A stretch of 63,941 bases of DNA, filler included, from Octopus bimaculoides (taxonomy: Eukaryota): the NCBI RefSeq assembly GCF_001194135.2. It is 4 parts of 4 records of this genome, joined end to end, with 100 filler letters (N's around TTAATTAATTAA, not from the genome) between each part and the next. Parts side by side here need not be neighbours in the genome. Positions count along the whole stretch, not along the records: positions 22,733 to 47,904 come from NC_068991.1; positions 48,005 to 62,803 come from NC_068988.1; 2 more parts are not named here. One strand, given 5' to 3'. The notes under the pieces are model-generated. The model had not been told where the DNA came from. It was given only the letters and a program-made list of their open reading frames with translations, and did no database searches. The position numbers were made by a program, and so were the translations under genes. This document shows, one piece after another, positions 39,231-52,910 of the stretch (positions are counted from its first letter, which is position 1; each line of letters begins with the position of its first letter).

Positions 39231-40854
39231 GAATTATTATTACAGGCATTTCTTAAAATCCTGTTTCTTATTTACAATTATTTTTATATATTTCATTTAT
39301 TTGCTTCTTAGTAGCAATACCTGGCTTTGTTTTTGGGTTTATACTGTTTCAGAAAAAAAAAGTTACCTAGCTTTTGACCTTCATGAAAAGATGTGCTCCT
39401 ATGCAAAATTTCAGATACTTATGTGCAAAACTATGGCTTACTATTTGTATGATACATACAGAACATACATTTTATACATTCACTTTCATGTTAATGCAGT
39501 CATTTTAATAGTGTTAAGCCTTTGTAACATCGAATTTGCTTGCTAAATACAAATGCAATTTGTAGTTAGGATAGTTTTGTGTGGTGGTTAACTCTATGAA
39601 GAGTAGCAGTGATGGCTATTTGTCTCTGTTAAATGTATGTGTTTGTTGCCTGTTTGGCAATTGGTAGTGTGTGTGTTTGTGAAAGGTTATGTATTATTGA
39701 TGTTTATATGTATGTGATGGTGGTGGTGTCTAAATTTATAAGACTACTGTGCACCTATTATGTTTTATCTTGAACTTTGCCTGTTAGTTAAATAATGTGT
39801 TCCTGTTTCTTGTTGTTTAGCCCCAGGTCAATCCTGATCAAACATTTCAAGTATTATATATTTCACTTGTTTTATTATATCTCAGTTGATTTGCTGTTTT
39901 TTCCTATCTAGGATTGTAGCCTTTCTTTCCAAGTTGATAAAAATGTAATTTGAGGAAAGTCCTGTTGATATTTCTAACAGATAGTGGGGTCAGGAGTTGT
40001 TCATCACTGACTTACAAGACTTCAGTTTTTTTTTTCATTAATAATGCTGATAATGATGGACAGGAGGTTCTCCATAATGCTATAATGCAACTAAACCATT
40101 CTTCCAGGCTTTCTCAGCTATTCCTTGAACTGTTTGACTGTATGGACAATTAGTTCTTGATCAATTACTCCCTGTTCAGTTACTCCCTGAACAGTTTACT
40201 CCTTCAGCCATTCAGTTACATCATACTTTGTGTTTAGTGTAACACATTAAAGCCAAAGATAATTCCTTATCACTTAACTTCCTAGAAACCGTTTCACATT
40301 ATCAGTTATTCAGGTTTGTTATTTTATTTAGAGCTTTTATTGCTTCCTACTAATCCTGATAACATACATATTTAAGGCTTTAGATCAAAACCACTTATCT
40401 ATTGTTGGTTTTGTTTTTTTCATGTCTCTAGTTAATTTTCTTAATACACTTTTCTACTTTTAAATCAATGTGGGTTTATTTATTTAATTATATTAGCTGT
40501 GACATTCAGATTTTACTGGCAACAGTAATTAAGCTGAAGTATTATTACAGCAGTTTTTTGGGTTTGCCTTTCTTCTTTGGATAAGGTATATATTTTTGCT
40601 TGCCTCAGACTATCTAGTTGATAACAGCTACTACTATGATTTCTGCTTTTCTGAACTTGTTTATGTACTAATCCAACATAAACCTATTTATTTGCTCCCT
40701 GTCGTTTATAATAATTAGTAATAAGTTTATCATATACAGCACTTAGGTGCGTTACAACTCATTGGAAAAGGGTAAAAGAAAGGATAGAAAGTAGCAATAA
40801 GTCAAGAAAGCTAGAAATGATAGCCAATAACTGCTTGAAGAGAGGAACAGTGTT

Positions 40855-41190
40855 GGTAAATTTTAAAGAATGCAGTATCCTGACAGTTAACAACTGGCAT
40901 AGGTAGTTTATTCCATGTTTTGGCTATCCTAAGCATGAGAATATGTTTCTGAAAGTCATGGCAGCTGTAGTTTTTTGATTTTTATATGCATGTCCATGGG
41001 TGGCAGAAATATTGAATTCAAAAAGGTGGCCAAATTTGTTGTTAGAAAGATGGTGGATAATTTCATGTGCCTCTCTCAATGCTCTGAGAAGCATTATCCT
41101 CCACTCTGTCTCAAAATGCTACTTCCAGTCAATTTCTTCCATAGCTATGCTGAGGAATAACTCTCTATTGATAATTTTTTTCTCTCTGAA
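40855..41190 (-). mobile_element. CR1-clade LINE 3' fragment, decayed
   Basis: Frameshifted minus translation ..HLFEFNISATHGHAYK / HDFQKHILMLRIAKTWNKLPMPVVNCQDTAFFK resembles the CR1 ORF2 end (TRGH..K..R..FF..RV...WN.LP..VV....FK). Confidence 0.7.
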
Positions 41191-42944
41191 TCATCAGCTG
41201 TACTAATCTCACATAATTATCCCTATCCTCAATTTAGGAAAGTCTGTAAAGGCTATGGGTACTTCTGGTGACCTTATTAGACATGACTGTTAATTAAAAA
41301 ATATTGGTCTCATCAAAATTTGATGATTATTTATTGAAAAGTCAGATGTTTAACTATGAAAACAGCACTTGTTTCAAACAAAAATCAACAAAGAAGCCAC
41401 TACATGGTTGCTTTGGCATGCTGGGAATGGCAATTTTAGAAACGGTAAAATAAAAATGACACATTAAAGCCACCAGTAGTAGGATATGAACTAAATAAAT
41501 GAATTATGCTTTCTGCTGCAGTTTTGAATCAGGTTGTTGCAGCAATAAACTTTCTTAAAACCATCTGCTTAAAGCATGAAATGGTATGAAAGCTATTTCC
41601 ATTTCAGCTTGTTAACCCTTGTACTGCATGTTATAAATAATTCTTGGTACTATAAATACTACACTCTTATGGGAAGAAAACAGCAACAACGTTGAAGGGA
41701 TTTTTTTACATTTGACTGTTATTATCTGTAAGAATTATAATACCTGGTTGTTGATGAGTAATTATTTGTGTATGTGTGTGAGTATGTATGTAAGTAAGAA
41801 ACTGAATTTTCTTCACAAAACATGCACTCCCACTTGTTTTTATTACTTAGTCAGAAGAACAAGGCCATGCCTAGTGATTCTTTTTAGGGTCTCCAAGACT
41901 GGTGAAAGTACAGAAGCAAAGTTATTCTCAGATTAAAAACTTGACCCAAATGCTTGCAATAAAGCAGATGCTGTTAAAGGCACCCACAAACTAAGTTATG
42001 GTGTTAAATAAGATGAAAAAAAACAACAAAAACAATGAAAAACTTTTTTTTCCTGCATATTGATCATTTTGGCATTATAGGGTTAAATTCAAGTTAAGCA
42101 TTTAGAATATGTTTTGCCTTAAGTCTCAGCTGTTTACTTTAGGAATATATGAACTCATGACCCTTCAATCCATAATGTATCACATTTTCACACCAATGTT
42201 GCTTATTTTATTGATTTCATACTAGAAATTCCCAATGGAAGATAAGTTTTGACAGAAACATTGTTGAACTATTCAATCCACAAAAGAGATTTTTGCTAAA
42301 AAGCTGAACATGTCTCAAGTGTCTTTAAACAGATAACTCAGTGATAATTTGTTCTGTTGTTTAATTTGTTGTTTAGTTTTGTTTTCCTTAACTAAATCTG
42401 TTTCATTTCATTTTTTTATTTTCCTGAAGCACAAATACTATGAATGCTTTGATGCAGTTGCAAACTGATTTCCGTGCTTTGTGGACAACAGTAGTTAAAC
42501 ATTTTTTTTTCCTTTTTATACTATTTTAATTCAGCTGCTTTGTTCCTTTAGGATGGCATTGGTGGTAACCTGCTGTGATGTCACTATATGCTTCTTGTAT
42601 TTAGCTGTATTGAAGCAGCTTTACTCAGAAGCTTAAAAATATTTTGTCTTGGAAACATGGCAAAGAGCATCTTTCTTCTCTGCAGAACCTGAATCTCCAT
42701 GGACCAATCTTTCCAGCAGCTGCCAGTCTACCAATGTGTAGCTATTCATATTAATGTAGAAATAAAAGCTTCAGATTATTAAGGAGAGAGCAAGATGAAT
42801 GAGATGGTGTGTTGTTCATGCTTTTCTCAAAGATATATTTTAATGCATATGATGTTAAATTGGTATTGAAACTGGTGACATTAGGGACTCTTGTTTAGTG
42901 ATAGTGCCGAGGTGCTTTCCAGATAAAACATTAACTACATAGGT

Positions 42945-43318
42945 GCATGTGTGGCTGTGTGGCAAGAAGCTTGCTTCCCAATCACATGGTTCTGAGTTCA
43001 GTTCCACTGCGTGACATCATGGGCAAGTGTCTTCTATAGCCTCAGGCTGACCAAAGCCTTGTAAGTGGATTTGGTAGTCGGAAACTGAAAGAAGCCTGTT
43101 GAATATGTGTGTCTGTCTGTCTCCACTGCTTGACAATCAGTGCTGGTGTGTTGAAGTCCCCATAACGTAGCAATTTGGCAAAAGAAACCAATAGAATTAG
43201 TACTAGGCTTTAAAACAAAAAAGTACTAGAGTTGATACATTCAACTAAAAAAAATTCTTCATGGTGGTACCACAGCATGGCCACAGTCTAATGACTGAAA
43301 CAAGTAAAAGATAAAAGA
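42945..43318 (+). mobile_element. SINE family B, full length, CpG-decayed
   Basis: Head GTGGCTGTGTGGCAAGAAGCTTGCTTCCC through tail GACTGAAACAAGTAAAAGATAAAAG. Confidence 0.85.
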
Positions 43319-46300
43319 CACACTGCTTTCAGCTAGTTTGATCACTCCTCAGTCTTAAAAGAGTAAAAGTTTTGGTTTACGGGTTACTGCTTCATGTCAC
43401 CAGACTAACTTTATTCATGATATTCCTGCAGTTAAGATATTGATGAACTATAGGCTTCATGGCTGTGCATTCGAATCTTATTCATCCAGTCATCGTATTT
43501 TGTTTTTGAGCAAGGCACGAGACTGCTTTCTTTAATCAGACTGCCCAGTTGGCTGAAAGGGTTCTATACTTAATTATTAGTTGAATGACTTGATGCAGAA
43601 AAATAATTAAGTACACCCCAGCTATTCAAAACAATTTTTAAAACAATTGAACAAGTAATATACAAGCAACTAAATTTGTAAAAGCCATCCATCCTATTCT
43701 TAATAATAAGAAATAAAACAAAAAAATTATAAAGAAATCATTTAAAAAAAAAAAAAGGAAAATGAAAAAACTAGATTAGTTATTTGATAGACTGATCTAT
43801 TTAATTTCAGAGAATTTTCTGTGTTCTTATAAGAACATCCTGCTTTAATATTCTATCCAATCAAATCTTCTAGCATCGTTTCTATCATTACACCTTCCTG
43901 TGAACTGGAAAATATTACCAAGGATAAAAAGAAAATTGTTACTCTTAGATGACTTCTATCATTTTGTTGTTGTTGTTTGAATCTCCATGGCAACAATATG
44001 CAATTCTTCCTATTTTTTTCTTTCTTTCCTGCAACTTTTCTCACCTTCTCTCCTTCTCCCACTATTTCTTCTCTTCATTTGTCCCCCCCCCCCAGTTTTT
44101 TTTCAATTTTATNNNNNNNNNNTTTTCTCTGACTTCCTCTTCTTTGTCTTTCCTTTTTATGTTCATTTTTTTCTTTACATTATTTCTCCTCTCTCTCTAT
44201 CTCTTTCTCCTCTTTATTTCTTTCGCTCCTCTCTCTTTCCTTTCCACCTTTATTTAAATCTAAATATTTATAGACAATCCAAATATCTTTGGTGGGGATA
44301 ATGCTAAGAATGTCTAAACACACGCACACATGTATTCTTGGCACTGAGGATATTTTGGTTGCCTGTATGTATATATATATATAATTTAAATTAGACATTC
44401 CTTTTCTACTTCCAGTAAGATCAGGTCAAGTGGTTTAGACTTATTGATTTTGAATGAGGTTTTTTTTGTTATTTTGAATTGTCTTACAAATTGTACATCC
44501 TATAATTAGACACACTCTAATCTATAATGATTGGCAAAGTTGTTCTTAATACTTTCCACAGGTTCTGTTAACCACAATGCTTTATCACTGCTTGTGGCAG
44601 AACTGAGGATTTATTAGAGCTTGTGGTAGAGAGCTGGTGCTATGAACTAAAAAGACTGGACAATTACCTAAATTACTAAAATCTGGAAGACACCACTAAA
44701 ATTCTAAATAACTTAAGTAACATTTCTTAAAACTTGTAAAAAACCCCAAAAAATAATGAAAATTATAAATAATGCTGGTGTGGTCACTCCTCGGGTAGAA
44801 TAGAGGAGGACAGAGGTGAGGGGAGACAAGAGAGTTTTGTGGCATATGATTTAGTGTGAAACAACTTAAATTTTTCCAGGAAACAGATTTCTTGGATTAT
44901 ATCTGTAATCATAAAAACTACAATTTTCTTGCCAGCAAGTTGATTATAATTTCTTGACTGTATTTTTCTTTTCAGCTGGTGCAAGAAGGGGTGACAGTTT
45001 GAGGGATTACCAAAGAGGGTGCACATTGTAGGGCTAGTAGAAGGAATTGTACACATTGTTGGGCTGGTTAAGGTGTTTGAATACTCTGACACCAGTCCCA
45101 AGTTAAAGATTTGTCATAGCTTGTGATAGGAATAAGAGTTTGTCATAGTTTGCAATAGGAGTAAGTATTTGTCACAACTCATATGATAGGAAATACGTCA
45201 CAATTTGTGAAAGGACTGGAAATTAATCCTAGTTTGTCTGGATTGAGAATTTGCCTTAGCTTTAGTCAGAACAGAAAATTTATTATTGCTGTTTAACTTC
45301 AAGTCTGCCCCAATGAAGCAGACTTATGGTCAGAAATGTTCCAACCGTTGCCAGCCTGTCTTTTTGCCCCCTCCTCTCATAGTGCATTTAGGACTACATT
45401 AACCAGCGTCACACCTCAATGTTTTTTTGTTACAGCTTTCACTGACTTCACTGTTCTGTCACCACCATGCTTGTTTACTTTTATTTCTGTAGTTTCCATC
45501 ATCACAATTTAAGCCATATAGTAATTGCAGTTTTTTTCTTAGAAAATTCTAGATAAACTGCAAAGAAATTTTTACTTTTGAATTTCACTCTTGAATTTCT
45601 GAAATATATCTATTTTGAAAATATCTCCATTTAAAAAAAAAATTTTGTTCGTTTTTTTTTTTTTTATATATAGTAGAGTTTAACTTCTGCAAATACATAA
45701 ACACACATAGCCGCAAAGATACACGTACATACATATGTACATCATATATACATATATCGTTCGTACCTATGTACATACATAATACATACATTGTACGTAC
45801 ATACTTACGTTGCATATACAATAAGTATATACTTAGAAAAATATACATAACTATGAATACTATTAAGGCCTAAAAATTGCCTGTAGCCAACCTAGAGAAA
45901 TCTCAGCGTCAAGCTTCTTAAGAAATTTAGTTGAATATACTTGAATGAATTCGAACAAAAGTTGCCTGATGTCTTGTCTTGTCATTTTTATTTGTCAATG
46001 TTGATGGACAAAAAGATGTTTGTTGGTTTTAGCGAGTATATAATTACGTGTATATTTATATACAGACAGTAGTGATTATAACCACATCCTCCCTCTTATT
46101 TACTGTTACTATCATCATAGCCATTATCGCTATCATTATCGCCGTTGTAATCTTCGCTGCCGCCACTATCATTATTGTGTCATCGTCGTCATCGTAAGCA
46201 CCTTCGTTATAATCGCTTCCTCCACCACAATCGTCTTAACGTCGCCTTTGCCATCGATCTAATCGTCAGTGCTACTCTCCCTCCATCTGATCCTGTCTTA

Positions 46301-47504
46301 GAAAGAGATATGTTAGTTATTTCAGTAAATTTGATTTTTATTTCTTGACATTTTCTTCCTTTTTGTTCACCCGAGTTGGTGTCCTTGACATGCCGAAAGT
46401 ACCGGTATATTTGGGATGCTATAAATGTTGACAGACGATTAGAGTCGAGGCAATATGCGTTCCTGTAGAGGTTGTTGTCGATCAGCTCCTGAGCAGTGGT
46501 TGCGACCGTCCGGTACTTTTTTTACCCCGACATTGGGTATTTAGAACAGGCATGGACAACCTTTTGCGAGAAGCAGGCCGCATGAGACATCTCCAGGCGA
46601 GCTGCTCTACTAAAAGAAGCTTGAAGGTAATTTTTGTTTTGTTGGTGTTCCATTCAGAAAGTCCTGTGAGCCGCAGTTTACCCAGAGCTGATCTTGATCC
46701 ACATTATCTAATGTGTTATTTGCTTCTTTTTCCTTTATTCTTTATTAAATCAATAGGAAAACTATCTGGCGGAGATTTGGCTTCTATTTCTGGCAGGTCG
46801 AGCGACTATGAAAGAGGTTTATTCCATCGGTTTAGTTATCATCAGCAGTATTGTTGTATTTTGGGTACTGTCACTATTGTAATTCCAAAGTGATCAATCA
46901 ATCCTGTAGTATTTCGAGGGTGTGGGTGTATGTGTGTACGTGCGTACGTGTGTTTACCTGAGGGTTTATTTTTATTTTGTGGATTGCTGCTGTAAGTAGT
47001 CGCTAAATTGCTTTACTTAATAACACCAGCAACAACATCTTTTTGAATCAATTACCAATCAATAAGCTATCCTTGGCTTTATAAACTCTGCATTAAATCC
47101 TCTTGTCGAAAGGCCGGCGCTACGTTCAAAATAATTATTATATAACTTATAATTGCTTTCGTTGTTTACTGGCCACTCGCCAGTATAGTTGTGTCACGGC
47201 TAAGGTGATGCCCCACTTGTTTTCTGGTACGGTAAATTTATACTACTACTACTATGACATACCATTATGCATCTACATTGCTGTCTTCAAAACCCTTTGA
47301 TTGATTATCGGTACGTGCTAATTTGTTGTCTCTAAGTTTTGTTTTCGTTCTTTTTTTGATAACTTTTCAAACTGTTTTCAGTTACTTGGAGCGTAAGAGA
47401 ACTTAGTCAAAATCACGTAACCCAAGGTTTGTTGTTATAACAGTATATTGTTGTCATACTTCATTTCGCAAGACATTTGAACTTCTTTCAAACTTCTTCC
47501 TTTT

Positions 47505-47904
47505 GATGCATGCATCACTTTCCAACGTACCGCCTTCAGATACACCTCTTTCAAACGTACGTACTTCAGCTGCTTGCATCTTTTTCGAACGTACTTCCCT
47601 CAGATGCACGCATCTCTTTCAGATGCACTTCCTTCAAATGCACGCATCTCTTTCAACCGTACTTTTTTCAGATGCACGCACCTCTTTCAAACGTACTTTT
47701 TTCAGATGCACGCATCTCTTTCAGATGCTCTTTCTTCAAATGCACGCATCTCTTTCAAACGTACTTTCTTCAAATGCACGCATCTCTTTCGAATGTACTT
47801 TCTTCAAATCCACGCATCTCTTTCAGACGCACTTCTTTCAGATGCATGCATCTCTTTCAAACGCAATTCCTTCAGATGCATGCATCTCTTTCAAACGCAA
47901 TTCT
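47505..47904 (+). repeat. 34-bp minisatellite of alternating 19-mer and 15-mer
   Basis: A(G/A)ATGCACGCATCTCTTTC alternates with A(A/G)A(C/T)G(T/C)ACTTTCTTC about 10 times and runs into a gap. Confidence 0.9.
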
Positions 47905-48004
47905 NNNNNNNNNNNNNNNNNNNNNNNNNNNNNNNNNNNNNNNNNNNNTTAATTAATTAANNNNNNNNNNNNNNNNNNNNNNNNNNNNNNNNNNNNNNNN
48001 NNNN
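47905..48004. other. Assembly join: 44 N + TTAATTAATTAA + 44 N
   Basis: Same construct as 22633-22732. Confidence 0.95.
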
Positions 48005-48204
48005 CCACCACTACCACCAACAACAACACCACCAACAACACCACCAACACCACCACTACCACTACCACTACAAACACCAACAACACCACTACCACTACAA
48101 CCACTAACAACACCAACACCACCACCACAAGCATTAACAACAACAGCATCAACATCAAGGACAAGACCAGCAACAAGGATATTGTTCCACTGGTCCAATA
48201 AACC

Positions 48205-48296
48205 ATCCTTCTTTTCTTTCTTTCTTTCTTTCTTTCTTTCTTTCCATCGTCTTCCTTTCTTCCTTTTTTTGTTCTTTCTTTCTTTCCATCTTCTTC

Positions 48297-48331
<35 letters not shown>

Positions 48332-48440
48332 TCCTTCCATCTTCTTCCTTTCTTCCTTTCTTTTGTTCTTTCTTTCTTTCCATCTTCTTCCTTTCTTTCC
48401 TTCTTTCTTTCTTCCTTCCTTCCTCCCTTTCTTTCTTCCT
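48205..48440. repeat. (TTTC)n/(TTCC)n tract
   Basis: Read directly from the sequence. Confidence 0.9.
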
Positions 48441-48721
48441 TTCTTTATTCCTATCCTACAGCTAATCTTTGGAAATTAAAACGCCTAAACATCATTGAGC
48501 TTTATTGTTTGAAAGATATCCTCTCACGGAATTCTAACTCCCCCCTCTCACCCACACTCTCCTTCTTTTTCTTTCCACTATTTCTCTCCCTCCTCCCCCT
48601 CCCTCGCCGCCACCGCCAACCGCCTTGCTTTCACACAAACTTTTACGTGTCCCTTGTGTAGAAAGGCTCTTTGGAAGGACATCAATAATGATTATATACT
48701 GAATAGATGACGGCCTGTACG

Positions 48722-48754
<33 letters not shown>

Positions 48755-49098
48755 GGGCCCTCTAATATGTTTCATGACGTTTATGTTGTGTACTTCCATG
48801 ATTAGAGATTGTCTATTCTGCCTTTCACTGCTTTTAATTGCAACACTTCTGGCCACACTTGTTACTCCTTCCACAATTGCTCCAAGCTCGAAGTTATATT
48901 ATACGGTATGTCACGTACTTATGTCATTTTCCGCTTGAGTTTCCATTTTCAGATTTCAATTCAAATGAATTGAATTCATTTCAATTCACTTAACCTTGTT
49001 GCACTTCTCATACTAACTTGTGCACAAACACACACACATGGACGCATGGAAGCACGCACGAGCGCACACATACACTCACCCACACCCATATACATGTT

Positions 49099-49142
<44 letters not shown>

Positions 49143-50134
49143 NNNNNNNNNNNNNNNNNNNNNNNNNNNNNNNNNNNNNNNNNNNNNNNNNNNNNNNNNN
49201 NNNNNNNNNNNNNNNNNNNNNNNNNNNNNNNNNNNNNNNNNNNNNNNNNNNNNNNNNNNNNNNNNNNNNNNNNNNNNNNNNNNNNNNNNNNNNNNNNNNN
49301 NNNNNNNNNNNNNNNNNNNNNNNNNNNNNNNNNNNNNNNNNNNNNNNNNNNNNNNNNNNNNNNNNNNNNNNNNNNNNNNNNNNNNNNNNNNNNNNNNNNN
49401 NNNNNNNNNNNNNNNNNNNNNNNNNNNNNNNNNNNNNNNNNNNNNNNNNNNNNNNNNNNNNNNNNNNNNNNNNNNNNNNNNNNNNNNNNNNNNNNNNNNN
49501 NNNNNNNNNNNNNNNNNNNNNNNNNNNNNNNNNNNNNNNNNNNNNNNNNNNNNNNNNNNNNNNNNNNNNNNNNNNNNNNNNNNNNNNNNNNNNNNNNNNN
49601 NNNNNNNNNNNNNNNNNNNNNNNNNNNNNNNNNNNNNNNNNNNNNNNNNNNNNNNNNNNNNNNNNNNNNNNNNNNNNNNNNNNNNNNNNNNNNNNNNNNN
49701 NNNNNNNNNNNNNNNNNNNNNNNNNNNNNNNNNNNNNNNNNNNNNNNNNNNNNNNNNNNNNNNNNNNNNNNNNNNNNNNNNNNNNNNNNNNNNNNNNNNN
49801 NNNNNNNNNNNNNNNNNNNNNNNNNNNNNNNNNNNNNNNNNNNNNNNNNNNNNNNNNNNNNNNNNNNNNNNNNNNNNNNNNNNNNNNNNNNNNNNNNNNN
49901 NNNNNNNNNNNNNNNNNNNNNNNNNNNNNNNNNNNNNNNNNNNNNNNNNNNNNNNNNNNNNNNNNNNNNNNNNNNNNNNNNNNNNNNNNNNNNNNNNNNN
50001 NNNNNNNNNNNNNNNNNNNNNNNNNNNNNNNNNNNNNNNNNNNNNNNNNNNNATATATATATATATATATATATAAAACGGTATATATGTATATATACAT
50101 ATATATATATACATGTATACATATATACAAACAA

Positions 50135-50535
50135 AGAGGGCACAAACAAGGACAGACAAAGGGATTAAGTCCATTACATCGACCCCAGTCCGTAACTGAT
50201 ACTTAATTTATCGACTCCGAAAGAATGAAAAGCAAAGTCGACCTCGGCGGAATTTGAATTCAGGACGTTAAGACAGACGAAATACTGCTAAGCATTTCGC
50301 CCACCGCACTAACATTTCTTATTTCTTTATTGCCCACAAGGGGCTAAACATTGAGAGGACAAACAAAGACAGATAAACGGATTATGTCGATTACATCGAC
50401 CCCAATGCGTAACTGGTACTTAATTTATCGACCCCGAAGGGATGAAAGGCAAAGTTGGCCTCGGCAGAATTTGAACTCAGAACGTATCCGCAGACGAAAT
50501 ACCGCTAAGCATTTCGCCCGGCGTGCTAGCGTTTC
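50135..50535 (-). mobile_element. Two tandem copies of SINE family A
   Basis: Repeated ATTACATCGACCCC..TAATTTATCGAC..GCAAAGT..CTCGGC..AATTTGAA..GCTAAGCATTTCGCCC. Confidence 0.85.
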
Positions 50536-50794
50536 TACCAGCTCGCCGCCTTGCGAAGCGGATTATATTGAAACAAAAAACAAAAACAAAAGAGCTTTTA
50601 TAAAATGTGCAAACTGAATATCAGCACCATCGTTAAAGCTGAAAATTGTAAACTTCAAAAACTTTCACTCAAATACTCTTAAGTGCAATTTTATTAAACT
50701 CAGTTAGTGAAACTAACGAAAATACGGTCCCTTCTGACTTCTGAAGCAATTAGCTGACCCCTAATTGTAATTATGCTTATAATTATAGAATATT

Positions 50795-50829
<35 letters not shown>

Positions 50830-51075
50830 TTAACTTATAAGCTTTGCTATTGTTCCATGGCTTACCGTTTGAATAAGTTTATTTGTTGCGTGTAGTGTAA
50901 ACATCAAAAGCTCTGTCGACTCACCAGGATGCTTTGGAGCTTCGCTGTTCTCTAGATGAGACCTCTTGTAAGATATAAGTCAGCTATACAATATGAAATT
51001 ACAGATTCTGCCCACATATGCGCAGAGTTCGTTTCATGATTTGTAGACGACTTCGCTATCTCACTGCTGCTGCTG

Positions 51076-51145
<70 letters not shown>

Positions 51146-52413
51146 GTACAGACTCACACACGCGCATATATATCTTTATGTGGATAAAATAGACTGAGAA
51201 ATAGATAGGCAGATAGATGCGTTATAAAAATATCCGTGTTCGTGTTTACCGGTGAGAATCATTGTAGACAACATTGCGGTATTTAAGATTGTACTTAACT
51301 GTCCGATAAAATGAACACTAGACAAAAATATTAGGACAGATATATAATTGACTAAACACCTCGAAGGCGCTAGCCCAGCATGGCTGCAGTTCATTTATTG
51401 AAAATACCTAAAGAACTACATATATATACATATATATGCTGTCTTGTCAATAGACTTAGTTATTATAGTCTATATATCGATTTTCCTTTCTTACCGTAAA
51501 CTGACGATCGTTTCGTAATCTCTTTTCTTCATCAAAGTATCTTTGTAATGTTTAAAGGTCAAATTCGAAGGCAAAAAAAGGTTTTGGAAGATTTTTTTTC
51601 CATTATTCATTTCATGTAAACACTTTTACTCCTAAAAGGACGAAACAAATTATCTATATTATATAGTCTTGAGTAGTTTTATATATATATATATGTATGT
51701 ATACATNNNNNNNNNNNNNNNNNNNNNNNNNNNNNNNNNNNNNNNNNNNNNNNNNNNNNNNNNNNNNNNNNNNNNNNNNNNNNNNNNNNNNNNNNNNNNN
51801 NNNNNNNNNNNNNNNNNNNNNNNNNNNNNNNNNNNNNNNNNNNNNNNNNNNNNNNNNNNNNNNNNNNNNNNNNNNNNNNNNNNNNNNNNNNNNNNNNNNN
51901 NNNNNNNNNNNNNNNNNNNNNNNNNNNNNNNNNNNNNNNNNNNNNNNNNNNNNNNNNNNNNNNNNNNNNNNNNNNNNNNNNNNNNNNNNNNNNNNNNNNN
52001 NNNNNNNNNNNNNNNNNNNNNNNNNNNNNNNNNNNNNNNNNNNNNNNNNNNNNNNNNNNNNNNNNNNNNNNNNNNNNNNNNNNNNNNNNNNNNNNNNNNN
52101 NNNNNNNNNNNNNNNNNNNNNNNNNNNNNNNNNNNNNNNNNNNNNNNNNNNNNNNNNNNNNNNNNNNNNNNNNNNNNNNNNNNNNNNNNNNNNNNNNNNN
52201 NNNNNNNNNNNNNNNNNNNNNNNNNNNNNNNNNNNNNNNNNNNNNNNNNNNNNNNNNNNNNNNNNNNNNNNNNNNNNNNNNNNNNNNNNNNNNNNNNNNN
52301 NNNNNNNNNNNNNNNNNNNNNNNNNNNNNNNNNNNNNNNNNNNNNNNNNNNNNNNNNNNNNNNNNNNNNNNNNNNNNNNNNNNNNNNNNNNNNNNNNNNN
52401 NNNNNNNNNNNNN

Positions 52414-52456
<43 letters not shown>

Positions 52457-52910
52457 CATATATATAAATTTATAGATCATTTGTGCAGTAGACAACTAAA
52501 TTAATAAATAGAATAAAAATAAAGACTTGAAAAAATATTTTTAGGTGAGAGATTGAGTTTTTTTATCTTGATTTTGAATTCGTAGGAGGTCGAATCGTTT
52601 CATACAGTTTTCTTAATATTTATATTTCATAGACAATAAATCAATCTTTTCACTGATAGCGTCCTTAAATATACCTGTTGATCAAAACTATGTGTAAAGT
52701 AACTACACTTTTGTACATCGAGGCATTGTTCTGTTGGGTTGTGTTAGCAATTATTACATTGCTGCTAGTAATCATTAGAAATAACTACAACGTTATTCTT
52801 TGGTGTTATTGCCGTTCGTATCACAAGGCGGGAAAAGGCTTCTCAATTTAACTTGCTACGTTAAAATATTTAGAATCAAAGTAATGCTCTTCTCGTTAGT
52901 ATTTCATTTC

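Noticed and set aside
46548-46620. hAT-like terminal sequence CAGGCATGGACAACC
   Set aside because: I could not find the matching opposite end or an 8-bp TSD.
47503-47960. Zinc-finger-like or Cys/His repeat protein
   Set aside because: No C2H2 spacing; the period of 34 is not a multiple of 3; all three frames are open only because the repeat lacks stops.
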